A stretch of 64,000 nucleotides of DNA from Octopus vulgaris (Eukaryota), in assembly GCA_951406725.2 (NCBI GenBank), contig OX597814.1:36332001-36396000 (forward strand). The letters are read 5' to 3'. The notes under the pieces were generated by a model. The model ran no database searches, had not been told where the DNA came from, and saw only the letters and a program-made list of their open reading frames with translations. Numbering within the stretch: position 1 is the first letter of the stretch; every line of letters begins with the position of its first letter. This document shows positions 13,361 through 26,124 of the stretch, piece after piece. The translations under genes were made by a program, and so were the position numbers.

Positions 13361-14197
13361 TTTTTATAATTTTACACTAACTTTAATATATTGTTAAACA
13401 CTAGGTGGGTAGATTTCAACACAGCTTCTCACCTCTTTCAATCATCTCCTTTGTATCCTTTTGCATCCTCTTTTGTTTTTTTGGTTATCTTTCTCTTTGT
13501 GTGTGTGTGTGCATGTGTGTGTGTGTGTGTCTGTGCTGTGTGTGTGCATGTGCATGTGTGTGCATGCATGTATATAAGTGTGGATATGTATGTATATTCT
13601 CCTCTTTCTCCTCCTCCTCATCATCATCATCATTTAACATCTCCCTTTTTGTGCTGGCATGGGTTGGATGAGTCTTATGGACTAAGTCAGTTTTGATTTA
13701 GATTTACTGTCCTCCTCTGACAATACTTCTAAACAGTACTAGAAAGTTTGACTTGTTTCTGAGAAGACCAAAGAGTCCTCACTACTCTACATTGTCTCCA
13801 TTTGTATGTCCTACAGGTTCAAACAAGTTGTTATACCTCCAGCAGGATTAAAAAGAGTCCCCACTTTGTTGCATTTTCTTCATTCATTCGTTTCTTTAGA
13901 TTCCAAACTATTGAGTGATGAAAGCGGAAGAGGTCGGTGAAAATAGAAATCTGAGGGTAATAGAAAAGAGAATAATAAAACAGAACCAGAGAAATAAAGT
14001 GATATATATATATATTCAAGTAGTTGAATGAATTATTATGGATAATTCGGTTAACCGATACCCGGGTAGCAAATTCACGTCAGAAAACACGGTTGAAGCT
14101 ACATGCCAAGGGCAGAGATCACGTGCTTTCGTGTGGAAATTTGTGTTTTTTTTACTATAAATAAATGAAAGAATGGAGTCGAACGACGATTTAACAA

Positions 14198-14299
14198 AAT
14201 TCCTTATTCTCGTCATATGTTTCGAAGACTGCATATTCCTAATTCTGAAGGAATAAAGAGTGCATTATGCCGCCTTCTCATCAGGAAAGACAAGGAACT
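14198..14299 (-). ncRNA. Type I hammerhead ribozyme fold (left arm; cleavage triplet reads GAC, probably inactivated)
   Basis: Minus strand: AGUUCCUUGUCUUUC-CUGAUGA-GAAGGC...GUCUUC-GAAA-CAUAUG-AC-GAGAAUAAGGAAUU. Confidence 0.7.
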
Positions 14300-14420
14300 T
14301 ATGTCAGCATCATGACGAACAAAAACTTTTAAATGACTGCCCACACGGAGTCCATAGTAATAATGGACTCCATGTGGGCAGTCATTTAAAAGTTTTTGTT
14401 CGTCATGATGCTGACATAAC

Positions 14421-14520
14421 TTCCTTGTCTTTCCTGATGAGAAGACAGCATAATGCACCCTTTATTCCTTCGGAATTAAGAATATGCAGTCTTCGAAAAC
14501 ATGTGTCGAGAATAAAGGAA
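14421..14520 (+). ncRNA. Type I hammerhead ribozyme fold (right arm; GUC triplet at 14505-14507)
   Basis: UUCCUUGUCUUUC-CUGAUGA(14434-14440)-GAAGAC...GUCUUC-GAAA(14495-14498)-ACAUGU-GUC-GAGAAUAAAGGAA; helices I and II pair; one extra A after GAAA. Confidence 0.72.
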
Positions 14521-14707
14521 TTTTGTTAAATTGTCGTTCGACTCCATTCTTTCATTAATCTATAGTAAAAAAACACACAAATTTCCACACGAAAGCACAT
14601 CATTTCTGCCCTTGGCATGTAGCTTCAACCGTGCTTTCTGACGTAAATTTGCTGCCCAGGTATCGGTTAACCGAATTATCCATACTAGGATAATTCTTTC
14701 AACTACT

Positions 14708-14742
<35 letters not shown>

Positions 14743-15397
14743 TTATGTATGTATACTGGTGCATTGAGTTACATCCCTGTATTACAAAAATATAAAACTT
14801 AGCTAATTGATGAAATAAGTATCAGATTAAAATAAATAGTAGAACTGATGTGACCAATTAAAGCCACAAGCCAATGAATCAGCTTGGCTGAAATCTGATG
14901 ATTTAAATTATTAAATGATCAAATGAAATACTGAGATGAAAGTCCACACCTCCATACTCTAAGTAAGAAAAATGATTTGTATGGTCTCCAGGCATCTAAA
15001 AATAGCAGCCAAATTTCTCTCATATCATACCCTGCCATTTTAAAAATGGGTATGTAAGACAACATGGGATCCTCTACAAGATTCTTTAATCTGTTAGAAA
15101 TCACTTCCTACGAATCTTAAAAATGGAAGTGTTGTATAACATCAACCCGAGTTCTTGGCACACAGAAGAAAGATACGGTTACGGTTAGGTTGCCTTTAAT
15201 CATAGGTTTGCTTAATCAGGACTGACCTTGGGAAAAGACACAACAATCAAAATGAAAGCGATTGTTGAATGATATTGTATAAAAATATGAAGATGAGATA
15301 TTCATAAATGGAAAATCTTCGAAAGACCAGAAGAGATCTCTTGGGGCAAATCAAATACCAAAAAGTTTAACCAATCACAAATATCTAGAAAACTGAG

Positions 15398-15466
<69 letters not shown>

Positions 15467-15983
15467 CAAGTCAACGAGGTGCCCTAGGAAAGCCATAGTC
15501 CAACTATTAAAAAAAGATGAAGCTATGTGAGTGCATGCATGCATGTGTCTCTGTGTGTATGTATGTTAGTGTGTGTGTGAGTGTGTGTGTGTGTATGTTC
15601 AAGATTACACTTACATAAAAGCCTGATTTAAGATGAATAAAAAGTAAAAGAAAAAAAAAAGAAAAAAAAACAATAATGAGAAACAACCAAGCAACTAATT
15701 ACATTATTATCAGAGGTTCCATTGCCTGACTTTACAAATTAGATATTAATTTTTCGTGTAATTAGAGTAATGTCGTTATTTAAAAAGCTATAAATATGTG
15801 GATTTTTAAAATCCCAGCAGTCTGGTTATTAAGTAGAAATTATGCATCTGTTGTGGTTAAAAAGAATTACTCTTACTAAAAATTCCTGGGCCACATATCA
15901 CATTCTTAATTAATCTTTTCTTCATTCTTGCTGCTTTATTTCAGTGAAATGTTTTGGGTTGTGTGCCAGACATTCCCACTCAC

Positions 15984-16332
15984 ATCATCGTCATCATCAT
16001 CATCATTGTTTAACGTCCGCTTTCCATGCTAGCATGGGTTGGATGATTTAACTGAGGTCTGGCGAACCAGATCGCTGCACCAGACTCCAATCTGATCTGG
16101 CAGAGTTTCTACAGCTGGCTGCCCTTCCTAATGCCAACCACTCTGAGAGTGTAGTGGGTGCTTTTACGTGTCACCAGCACGAGGGCCAGTCAGGCAGTAC
16201 TGGCAATGGCCATGCTCAAATGCTGCTTTTTGTGTGCCACCAGCACAGGAGCCAGTCCAGTGGTACTGGCAACAACCTCGCTCAAATGTTTTTTTCACAT
16301 GCCACCAGCGCAAGTGCTAGTAAGGCGACGCA
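15984..16332 (-). mobile_element. RTE-type LINE 3' UTR fragment
   Basis: (CAT)n then TTTAACGTCCGCTTTCCATGCTAGCATGGGTTGG...CCCTTCCTAATGCCAACC. Confidence 0.85.
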
Positions 16333-16504
16333 GGTAACAATCCCATATACTAAAAACAATGTCTCCCCCTCCTTTCTCCCTTTGTTTTCTATGGCCTCTC
16401 TATCTTTAGAACACTACCTTACTTCAGCCACTCTGCTTCCTTTAGACAGCCCATGCAATAAAAGTAAATGATGCTAAGAGTAAAAAAAAATCACTTTCTG
16501 TTTT

Positions 16505-16933
16505 CTCATTGACTGGCCTCCGTGCTGTGGGCACGTAACAAACACCATTCGATCGTATCCGTTCGCCAGCCTCCGAGCATGGCCGTTCGCTAGCCTCGTC
16601 TGGCACCTGTGTCGGTGGCACATAAAAAACACCATCCGAGCGTGGCCGTTCGCCAGCCTCGTCTGGCACCTGTGTCGGTGGCACGTAAAAACACCATCCG
16701 AGCGTGGCCGTTCGCCAGCCTCGTCTGGCACCTGTATCGGTGGCACATAAAATCACCCACTACACTCTCGGAGTGGTTGGCGTTAGGAAGGGCATCCAGC
16801 TGTAGAAACACTGCCAGATCTGACTGGCCTGGTGCAGCCTTCGGGCTTCCCAGACCCCAGTTGAACCGTCCAACCCATGCTAGCATGGAAAGCAGACGTT
16901 AAACGATGATGATGATGATGATGATGATGATGA
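16505..16933 (+). mobile_element. Young RTE-type 3' UTR copy with ~62 bp tandem units and (GAT)n tail
   Basis: Repeated AAAAACACCATCCGAGCGTGGCCGTTCGCCAGCCTCGTCTGGCACCTGTGTCGGTGGCAC; CpG-rich; near-identical inverted copy at 33832-34335. Confidence 0.88.
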
Positions 16934-17680
16934 TAATTTTTACCACATTCATTTATCCAGTACTTCTCTACAGATAGACTAATGTGTTAAATGGCTCTGT
17001 TTAGTATGTTTTTGCTCTTATTTATCATATTTCCTTTCACTAGTTACTCTCAAGTAGTGCATCACTCTTTTTGATATGTTTTCTCTCTCATTCTTGCTAT
17101 ATTCTTTCACTAAGATACCCTCCTCTGGGCCATGTAATGCACATCCAGAATGCATCCATCCAATCCTGCCATAACTACCACTACTGCCAATAGCATCGCC
17201 AATACCTGAAATCTATCCTTACATTATTCCTCTGATATGTAAAAGCTTCACCCTCACAACCTCTGTAACTGTCTTCATCCTCCTTTAGAACATATGCTTC
17301 ATGTACCAGTTCCAGTTACTCTTTCCTCCTCACTGTCAGGATCTTTCAGATGACCCAGCTAATGAGAGTAATAAAATCACAGCAATCACCCATAACAACA
17401 GTAATAATAATATCATTAGGAATATTTATTGATAACAATTATGAAGAGAGCCTACAGTAGCAAAAGCAGCAAGCGATGGAGAATAAATGAATGATGGCAA
17501 ATTAAATGGAAGGACAAATATGATAATGTGTGTAAATCTTCCAATAGCTGGCAAACCACAGAACAAGCATTTGAATTCTTCACTAGTACAGATGTTGTCA
17601 AACAACAACCAGCCAGCAAACACCTTCGTCTACCACCTCTTCCTGCTACTTTCTAAACTTTAGGGTGCAATGACCAATAT

Positions 17681-17984
17681 CACGTGATCACGTGACCGAC
17701 CAGACCATCAGATGTTGTTACACATCGCTGGTCACAATGCGCTTCACATTGTTTTAGCCTTCGAATGACGCCACCCCGCTGGCTGAGCGAGCAGGCCAAC
17801 AGAAGAAAGAGTGGGAGAAAGAGTGGTGAAAGAGTACAGCAGGGATCACCACCCCCTGCCGGAGCCTCGTGGAGCTTTTAGGTGTTTTCGCTCAATAAAC
17901 ACACAGAACGCCCGGTCTGGAAATCGAAACCGCGATCCTGCGACCGCGAGTCCGCTGCCCTAACCACTAGGCCATTGCGCCTCC
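17681..17984 (-). mobile_element. Young tRNA-derived SINE family D with perfect 14 bp TSD
   Basis: Minus head GGAGGCGCAATGGCCTAGTGGTTAGGGCAGCGGACTCGCG...GGTTTCGATTTCC (A/B boxes); TSD GCAATGACCAATAT at 17667-17680 and 17985-17998. Confidence 0.9.
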
Positions 17985-19026
17985 GCAATGACCAATATAG
18001 GCACAATGAATGGTATGGTCTGGTGAGAGAGTGGTGATGATGGAGGAGAGATGAGTGGATGTATGCTGAGGCTGGAAACAGCAATACAAATTTCTCTGAG
18101 TGAATAAAGTGGCAGCAGATGTGTTGCCATTCTTAGCTGAGAAAGGAATACTCTTAGATGAGAAAGGGATAGATAAAGTAATTGAGGTAGTTAGGGCATG
18201 TCATGGGATAATTAAGATAAGATTAGTTACAGAGAATTTAGCAGTGACACTTATCTCCACATACGTCCTACTGGCAGGATTGACAGAACAGAAGGATTGC
18301 AAGCTACCTTAATGACACCTGACAGCAATTTCATTATCATGGCTAGTGGACATCAAACACGTTGGTTGACATAATGATAGCTTCTATGACATATATGAAG
18401 ACTAGAGATATGGTACAAAAAATAAGTGGGGTGTAAGGCTTCTTGTATGCAGTGATGCAACTGATCTAACAATTTGCAACACGCATTTCAGGACACCAGA
18501 AAATGACCTCATCACCTAGCAATCTGGTGAATTCTAGAGTCAGGTAGCAGTCATTCCCTTTAGGAAATGGAACAAATGGGCCATCATAAATAAGAAAATC
18601 TCACCTGGCAAAAATGTGTTACCCAGCATAAATTAGTGGTTAGTGACTTAACAATCAGAGCTGGGTAGATACAGAAACAAAAGACAATATAGAGAAAGAA
18701 GACATGGACACTAAAATATCTCACAATTGGGCACAAAGTTTAGAGAAATTCTAATTGATATATATGATTGTAGGAGGAAAGATTTTGATAACTGTAGGAT
18801 AGTCAACAACTGGAATTTTCTCTAAAATAAGCAACTTAAGATTTGACAAATGGTTGGAGCAAAGTCCCAGCAGAACCAGAGGTGCTGTGGTGATGGAATG
18901 AAACACTTGATAGGTTGGTAAAGGCCAAAAGACAGTAATGGAACACCTAGTAGTGAAAGTGATAATAGAGGGCTTTATCAAATAGTTACAAAGGAAGTTA
19001 GGCAATTGATATACTTGGCTAAGAGT

Positions 19027-19256
19027 GGTGGCGAGCTGGCAGACACATTAGCGTGCCTGGCGAAATGCTTAGCAGTATTTTGTCTGTCGTTACGTTCTGA
19101 GTTCAAATTCCGCCAAGGTCGACTTTGCCTTTCATCCTTTCAGGGTAGTTAAATGAAGTACCAGTTTTGCACTGGGGTCGATGTAATCGACTTAATCCCT
19201 TTGTCTGTCCTAATTTGTCCCCTCTGTGTTTAGCTCCTTGTGGGCAATAAAGAAAT
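19027..19256 (+). mobile_element. SINE family A with 18 bp TSD
   Basis: TSD ATATACTTGGCTAAGAGT at 19009-19026 and 19257-19274. Confidence 0.9.
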
Positions 19257-19789
19257 ATATACTTGGCTAAGAGTAAAGCAGCAAAGGAAGAGATTTGCAC
19301 ATGTTCTGCAATATGAGGATCAGTAGCCTGAAGTGTTTAGGATCGCAAGTAAGTGCATGAGAGAGTACAAAAATGTTACAAGAGAGAAGTGCATTTAGAA
19401 TAATAAAAGTGACGTACAGGTGCTTCTATGCAAATTATGACACACTACAAACTATTCATAACCTTTTGATGATATGTAAAATTCTTCTTGATCAAATGGG
19501 TTTATGTTGTTTCAGCTTTGCTAAAGAGGTAAAATTAAACTGGACCGTATCTTTAGCTGTCATTGTTCTTATCAAAAAAATATCAGATTATCTTGTAAGC
19601 AAGAGAATTGGATTTTTTTGAAATTAATTTAATTCCTAATTTATTGAAATTATCTCCTCTTTACTTTGTGAGTCACTAACGGATGCAGCTATATATTGAC
19701 TTTCTTCAACTGAGAATAGAATTTCAATTCATTAAGAATAATTTGCATATGTTTTGCAGTATGTCTATTTATACAAAATTGATGCACTC

Positions 19790-20160
19790 ACGCATTCACA
19801 CACACATATATGTGTGTGTGTGAGTATTTATGTGTGCATATATGTATTTATACATATATGTAAATTTGTGTGTGTGTGTGTATATATATATATAAGCCCA
19901 TATATGTATACATATATACATAAATATATATACATATATATATGTATATATATGTGTATATATGTGTGTGTGTGTATTTATTTACACATATATATATACA
20001 CATATATTTACATATGATATACATACACATATATACATACATATATATACATATATACATACACATATATATATACATACATATAGATACATACATATAT
20101 ATACACACACACACTCACACACACATATATGCAAACAAGCACACACATATGTATGTATAG
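19790..20160. repeat. Imperfect TA/TG/CA microsatellite
   Basis: Directly visible. Confidence 0.9.
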
Positions 20161-20599
20161 TCACACATAGAAAAGGGAAAGAAAGTGGGGTCGAGGGAGA
20201 GTGAATGCTATATATGTTCTTCAAATGAATTTATTTTATTTTATTAGAAAGACATATAGTGCAATACACACCGCTGCACACACCTCATCATGAAGAAAAT
20301 AAAAAATAAATAATAAATGGTTGAAGAATAACAGAAAAATTAATGATATATTCAAAGAAATGACTAATTGAGTCATTACTGAGTGCTATTTTATCTTAAG
20401 CCAAAATAAATGGCTCTCATAACAATCAAAGAATATGTTATAAATCAAACATTTTTAGAAATGATAATTCCAGGGAGGAAAATGTTAATTAAATTTAGGT
20501 AAAAATAAATAAAACATAAATGAAGAACTCTACACCAAAAAATTGCTTAAATTTATTTACTTATTTTGTATTTTAGGTATATTTTTGCTTCTGTTTTTG

Positions 20600-20745
20600 A
20601 TATATGTGCATATATATATATATTTATATATGTATATATATAGATAGATATATACATATATATATAAATATATATATTTATATACGTATATATATATACC
20701 GATATATATATATATATATATTTATATACATATATATATATACCG

Positions 20746-20792
<47 letters not shown>

Positions 20793-20839
20793 TACACACA
20801 CATATATATATATGTATATATATATGTATATATATATAT

Positions 20840-20883
<44 letters not shown>

Positions 20884-20989
20884 CATACACACACGTATAT
20901 ATAGATATGTGTGTATATGCATACATACAAATGCACACACACATACATACATACATACATACATACATACATACAAACATACATATATA

Positions 20990-21037
<48 letters not shown>

Positions 21038-21045
21038 CACATACT
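20600..21045. repeat. Long (TA)n/(TACA)n microsatellite
   Basis: Directly visible; explains the YIYI ORFs. Confidence 0.95.
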
Positions 21046-21574
21046 ATATCTGTGAAATGTTTTTGGCATCTTATTTTATAACAACTGAGACAAATTTCAA
21101 ACTCATACCCAGAACAATTTATAAAACGCTAAATGATGACAACAGCTCTGCCGATGATGCCTACTACAATGACGACAACTATGATGACGACCATTATAGT
21201 CATTCTTTATTCTTTCTTTTTATGTTAGCCTTCTTTCTCTTTTTTATTTTTTTTTTACCTATGTCAAACTTCATCAATTTATTTTCCTCACAAAGTAGAT
21301 GCGTCGAATAAAGTATTTCTTAAAGAAACTGAATGATGAAAATATATTTTTATATATTAATTCGAATTTATCAAAATCTTTGCAAAAAAAAAAAAAAGAA
21401 AGAAGGCAACAATATAAATAAAAATAAAATGGTAAAAAGAAATCACATTGGGCAAATTATAATCATTATATTATATTTTCAATTGTATTTCAAAGTTTAA
21501 ATGAAAGAAAACAAAATGCTAGTGAAGTATATAGAGAAATATATGTCAATCTACTCGTGAGTTGAAAACTTAGA

Positions 21575-21599
21575 TTATTATTATTATTATTATTATTAC

Positions 21600-21662
<63 letters not shown>

Positions 21663-21678
21663 CATTATTATTATTATT
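21575..21678. repeat. (TTA)n microsatellite
   Basis: Directly visible. Confidence 0.95.
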
Positions 21679-22297
21679 TCATCAATTGTAGTTGTAGTAT
21701 AGCAGTATCTCTCAGCAAAATAAAATTCAATAACGACAAAGTGAAATAAATTTTGTTGATGGAGAAATAGATATGGGAAAAGCTGTCAAAGGCAAGAATT
21801 AATGCGATCAAATTTAACATGTCATTTTCTGAAAGATGTTTAACAATCCCCTACAAAGTTTATATAAAATAGTTTAATAATATTTAACAGAAAACAAAAC
21901 AAATAATCCTTATCATTGAAATTAAAATAAAACATGTTTGCAGTCTACCACAGTATTAAGGAAGGCCTATAAATTTTTCACTGAAGATAAACAATATTTA
22001 TTTGTGCTTTTAAACCACTTATCATCATAGAAAGGTATGGATTTAATGTAAAAATGAGATATGTTTAGAGATTGGATGGATGAATGGTTCATGGTTCAGA
22101 GCCTAGTGCTGGTTCTCCTTGTTATGCTGAAAGGTATGATATTTAACTCGCATATAAAACCAGGTCCATTTATTTGCTTAACTTATACAGCCAACTTATA
22201 CAGCTAACCACTATAGATATTTCAATGTCACTGAATGATTTTTAACTTGTAGTTTACTGTGTGTATTCTGACCTTAGAACAGGCAAGTAAGTAGAGT

Positions 22298-22603
22298 TAT
22301 ATGTTTGTTCCTTCTTGAGCCATACGTGACTCATAAGGGCCGGTTTCCCGGTTTCTTTGGTGTATAGGTTCCCCACCTGGACAGGACGCCAGTCCATCAC
22401 AGGTGAACTGCAAGATGCTGGAGGAAAGAGTGAGAGAAAGTTGTGGCGAAAGAGTCAGCAGAAGTTCACCATTACCTTCTGCCGGAGCTGCGTGGAGCTT
22501 AGGTGTTTCGCCCATAAACACACACATCGCCCGGTCTGAGATTTGAACCCGCGATTCCTTGACTGCGAGTCCACTGCTCTAACAACTAGGCCATGTGCCT
22601 CCA
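22298..22603 (-). mobile_element. Chimeric-type SINE: family D head/body with family B tail
   Basis: Body GAAAGAGTGAGAGAAAGTTGTGGCGAAAGAG resembles 17681; tail CCCCACCTGGACAGGACGCCAGTCCATC resembles 7571; TSD CAAGTAAGTAG at 22284 and 22604. Confidence 0.8.
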
Positions 22604-22815
22604 CAAGTAAGTAGGGTGCTTCCCTTCATGTCATAAGAGGCAACTAAAATGTTGGCATCGGGAATGACATCTTGTCATAAAACATTGTTTCAGAAAACTC
22701 TTTAAGAAATGCCAGAGTGGCAAAGCAAGCACTTAATCATTGGTACCCCTTTAATTAGGAGAACTTACAACTAGGTAGAACATATGACCATTTACAGGAA
22801 GGTATCCTCACACAG

Positions 22816-23170
22816 TGGAGACAAGTGGCACAGTGGTTAGGGCGTTGGACTCATGATCATAAGATTGTGGTTTTGATTCCTGGACTGGGTGATGTGATAT
22901 GTTCTTGAGAAAAGCATTTCATTTCATGTTGCTCCAATCCACTCAGCTGGTGTTGTTGTTGGTGGTGGTTTTAGTGGTACCAGGGTTTATAGAGCATCAT
23001 TAAAATGCCACACCATATCCAGCTGCAGACAGTTTTGTCTCTCATCATTTCAGTAGTGGATTAAGAGGTACTAAGTAATCCTGTGATGGATTGGATCCTG
23101 TCCAGGAGTGAAATATACATGCCATGAAAACCAGAAAAGCGGGCCTATATGACTAGGGAAGGAACTTTAC
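22816..23170 (+). mobile_element. SINE family B interrupted by a 124 bp inverted copy of neighbouring DNA
   Basis: ...CCACTCAGCTGG | insert 22951-23074 | GTAATCCTGTGATGGA... Confidence 0.8.
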
Positions 23171-23519
23171 TTTTTTACTATCCTCACATAGGAGGCCTAA
23201 CCTGATTGTTTGCAACAATGTAGACTCTGCTAAAAGCACCTAAGGTGCCTAGCAGTGATGTCAAACTGGGAAATGAATGAAGTCTTCCACCCAAATAGGC
23301 CATGGCAGGATTTGAACTCAGGACACAAAGAGCAGGAACAAATATTACAAGGCATCTGAAGTAATTATAGTTCTGTCAGCCCATTGTCTAGGATTAGTAC
23401 CTCTTAATCCACTACTGAAAGGATGAGAGACAACACTGTCTGCAGCTGGATATGGTGTGGCATTTAATGATGCTCTATAAACCCTGATGCCACTAAAACC
23501 ACCACCACCACCACCACCA

Positions 23520-23860
23520 TCATCATCATCACCATTTAATGTTTACTTTCCATGCTGGTATAGGTTGGATGGTTTGACAGGAGCTGGAAAACCTGAGGGC
23601 TGCACTAGGCCCCAGTTGTCTATTTTGGCATGGCTTCTATGACTGGAAACCCTTCCTAATGCCACCCACTTTACAGAGTGTACTGGATGCTTTCTATATG
23701 GTGCTGGCATGAGTGTTTTTTTTATGTGACCCTGGTATGCAACCTAGTTATGTGACACCAGCATAGATGCCTTTTAACATGGTGCTAGCATGGGTGCTCC
23801 TTATGTGGCATGAGGATAGGTGTTTTTTACATTGTTCCTTTCTATGTGGCATGCCAGACA
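23520..23860 (-). mobile_element. Older RTE-type 3' UTR copy
   Basis: (CAT)n TTTAATGTTTACTTTCCATGCTGG...CCCTTCCTAATGCC and degenerate TTTATGTGGCA units. Confidence 0.7.
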
Positions 23861-25276
23861 GAGAGTTTATTTTTCAAACTTTTAGTCAGGAAGAAAGACA
23901 AATGCTCATGACATATTCTAGTGTTCTCAACATTAACTGTGAGAGGGAAGAAACTATCCTCAAATTGCAAGCCTATATTGAATGCTTGCAAAGTGGACTC
24001 TGTTAAAGATGCCTAAAGTGCCTTGTTATGGTGTTAAACCATGTGGCAGGTTAAGAAGCTACATGAGTATGAAATCTTCAGTTGACAATTCTAATAATTT
24101 GGTGAGTTATAGAAGTTGATTATGATGGAACATGAATGCAGGCATGGCTGTGGCTAAGAAATTTTCCTCATAATTATTATGTTCTCTGAATTATTCTCCC
24201 TCTGTGGCATTTTAAGCTAGTTTCTTCTACCAGTTACTGGTGAAACTGAGACTTGTCAATAAAGTTGCATAGTTAGGAACTGTGCAGAAAGAAAATAAAG
24301 AATTATGGTATTTTTTTTATACAAGAATTAAAAGTGGATAATATTTGAACACATATCCTCTCATTGGATTTCTAAATTTATACTGTAAACACAGCTTCCA
24401 CTGATGAGATTTCTGACCTTTTACACTTGGCTTTTCTGAAATATTTGAACACTATACAGCATGTTAACAGAACACCCATCATAACCACAAAGCTACCATT
24501 GCTGTTTGTATCAGTAAACTATACAAATCTATAAGCATCTAATGAGAACTCAATGGCTTTGGCTGTCTTGGTAATGACCAAATCATGTTAAGTTAGCATA
24601 ACATTTTATGTTCATAAGTAGTAGCATGCTACAGGCATTAAAATGTGGTTTGATTCAGCTCGGATATAGAAGTTAATAGCAAAATTAATAGATGTTAGTA
24701 ACATTTAAAAATGAAAAGCATAATATAAAACATTAATTTTACACAAACAGTTTCCTAAATGCTCATCTATTCAAGATAAATGCTGAAGCAGTTTTTCTAA
24801 AATTGTTTGGTACTTGCTTTACAGGACCAGAATTTATTCTGATGTTCTATTGTTTATTGTCTTCTTTACATTTACATAAAATTATGCTAATTGGTTGAAG
24901 CATGTCAAACAATAGATCAAAACAGCTATTATGATATGTTATGTTGCTGTTGTTGCTGCTGCTTCTGCTGCTGAGGGTGGTGGTGATGGTATTGTTGCAG
25001 TTTAGTCTAATACCACCTTTGAATGAGCAGATCTATTATCAAATGCTTCCAACCATGACCAAACTATCTTTTAATCTATCTAGAACTACACTTCCTAATC
25101 TGTCCTTGAAGTTTTAAGACGATAGGGTAATAATTGGAGGGTGATTCAGCTACTATTTTTAGTAGGTTGTTGGTTCACTATTCCTTTTTTATAACTTTGT
25201 GACTGAGGGCTACTCAGTATAGGTCACACACATATATATGCTTATGTGTATGTGCACATGCATGTGTATACATATA

Positions 25277-25492
25277 TTATTGAGTGCCGTAAAGTTACTG
25301 GTTTTAAGGACATCTTGAAAGGCCTGGTTAGAGGCCCAAACTTCCAAGTTCTTTTACATGGTTTAGAAAACTGAAGGACTGCAGCAATAGGTGTGTGAAT
25401 CTGAGAGGGGATATGTTGAATAAAATCATAATTAACTAGCCTGGTTGTATTTTCTTTTATCCAAACCAGGAACTTTTCAACACTCCGTCATA
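25277..25492 (+). mobile_element. Internally deleted mariner (MITE-like)
   Basis: Degenerate TIRs (GAGTGCCGTAAAGTTACTGGTTT / AAACCAGGAACTTTTCAACACTC); residual NRCVNLRGDMLNK/GDYVE-like transposase end. Confidence 0.6.
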
Positions 25493-26124
25493 TATCATAA
25501 ATGTTTTGCTAGCAGAGAGTGCTGATCACTGCCCAAACACACATGATAGAAAAGACCACTTTTAAATTATTTAAAAGAAAAATTCTACATCTTAATTAGT
25601 TTTATTCAACAATAGACAATGGTGTAAATATTTTATGTTGTAACTTGATGTTTCATGTTGTAACTTGATATCACTAACAGCATGAACATCAGTCAATTAA
25701 AGCTTTAAATATCAGGTGCAATGTGTTACTTAGAATATGTACTGAGTCTTTCACTTAGTGTGCGTGTATGAGTGTATTAGTGCATGTATGTGACTATCAT
25801 TATGAGTGTCAATATCTTTACAGCTACCCTTTTTTAAACTAGCATTGGTTGGGTGAAACTTACTAATGCAGTATTCTATGGCCAGGTACCTTTCCTAATT
25901 CTAACCCTCACCTTTTCAAGTAAGATATTTTATTCTCCACCTGCATGGCATTAAATTACTATTCTACAGTTTATTGTGAGCATTTTCTTTTTGGTGGGTA
26001 ATGAGGGACTGTATCACTATTCTCCAAGTATCAGCATAAAGTATCAGAATAAAGACATGGAGAGAGATACATGCACACATACATTCATGTGTACACATAG
26101 ATATATGCAACTATGTGTGCATAT

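Larger units (their letters stand above)
14015..14711. mobile_element. ~700 bp palindromic (fold-back) element inserted in (TA)n, with a hammerhead ribozyme in each arm
   Basis: Arms of ~345 bp are reverse complements (roughly 90-95% by eye) around loop AGTAATA at 14356-14362; mirror-image ORFs 14213-14458(-) and 14260-14529(+). Confidence 0.9.
17645..19420 (+). pseudogene. Decayed RTE-clade LINE, AP-endonuclease region, interrupted by two SINEs
   Basis: ORF 18100-18312 ILLDEKGIDKVIEVVRACHGIIKIRLV...TLISTYV resembles the RTE APE pattern (VR.SDRI..L.....IISAYAPQ); downstream ATDLTICNTHF motif; boundaries approximate. Confidence 0.7.

Noticed and set aside
14213-14529. Paired ORFs MHYA..SSGKTR.LCQHHDEQ on both strands
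   Set aside because: A consequence of the palindrome; non-ATG starts and no recognisable domain.
17905-17984. tRNA gene-like sequence (also at other SINE heads)
   Set aside because: A/B boxes are present but continue into SINE bodies with TSDs; no complete cloverleaf was established.
19754-21311. Many long [12 protein letters not shown] ORFs (also at 28185-28796, 42277-43038, 63155-63707)
   Set aside because: Translations of dinucleotide and tetranucleotide microsatellites that lack stop codons.
24395-24452. CTGATGA...GAAATATT hammerhead-like spacing
   Set aside because: Helix II does not pair and helix I is mismatched.
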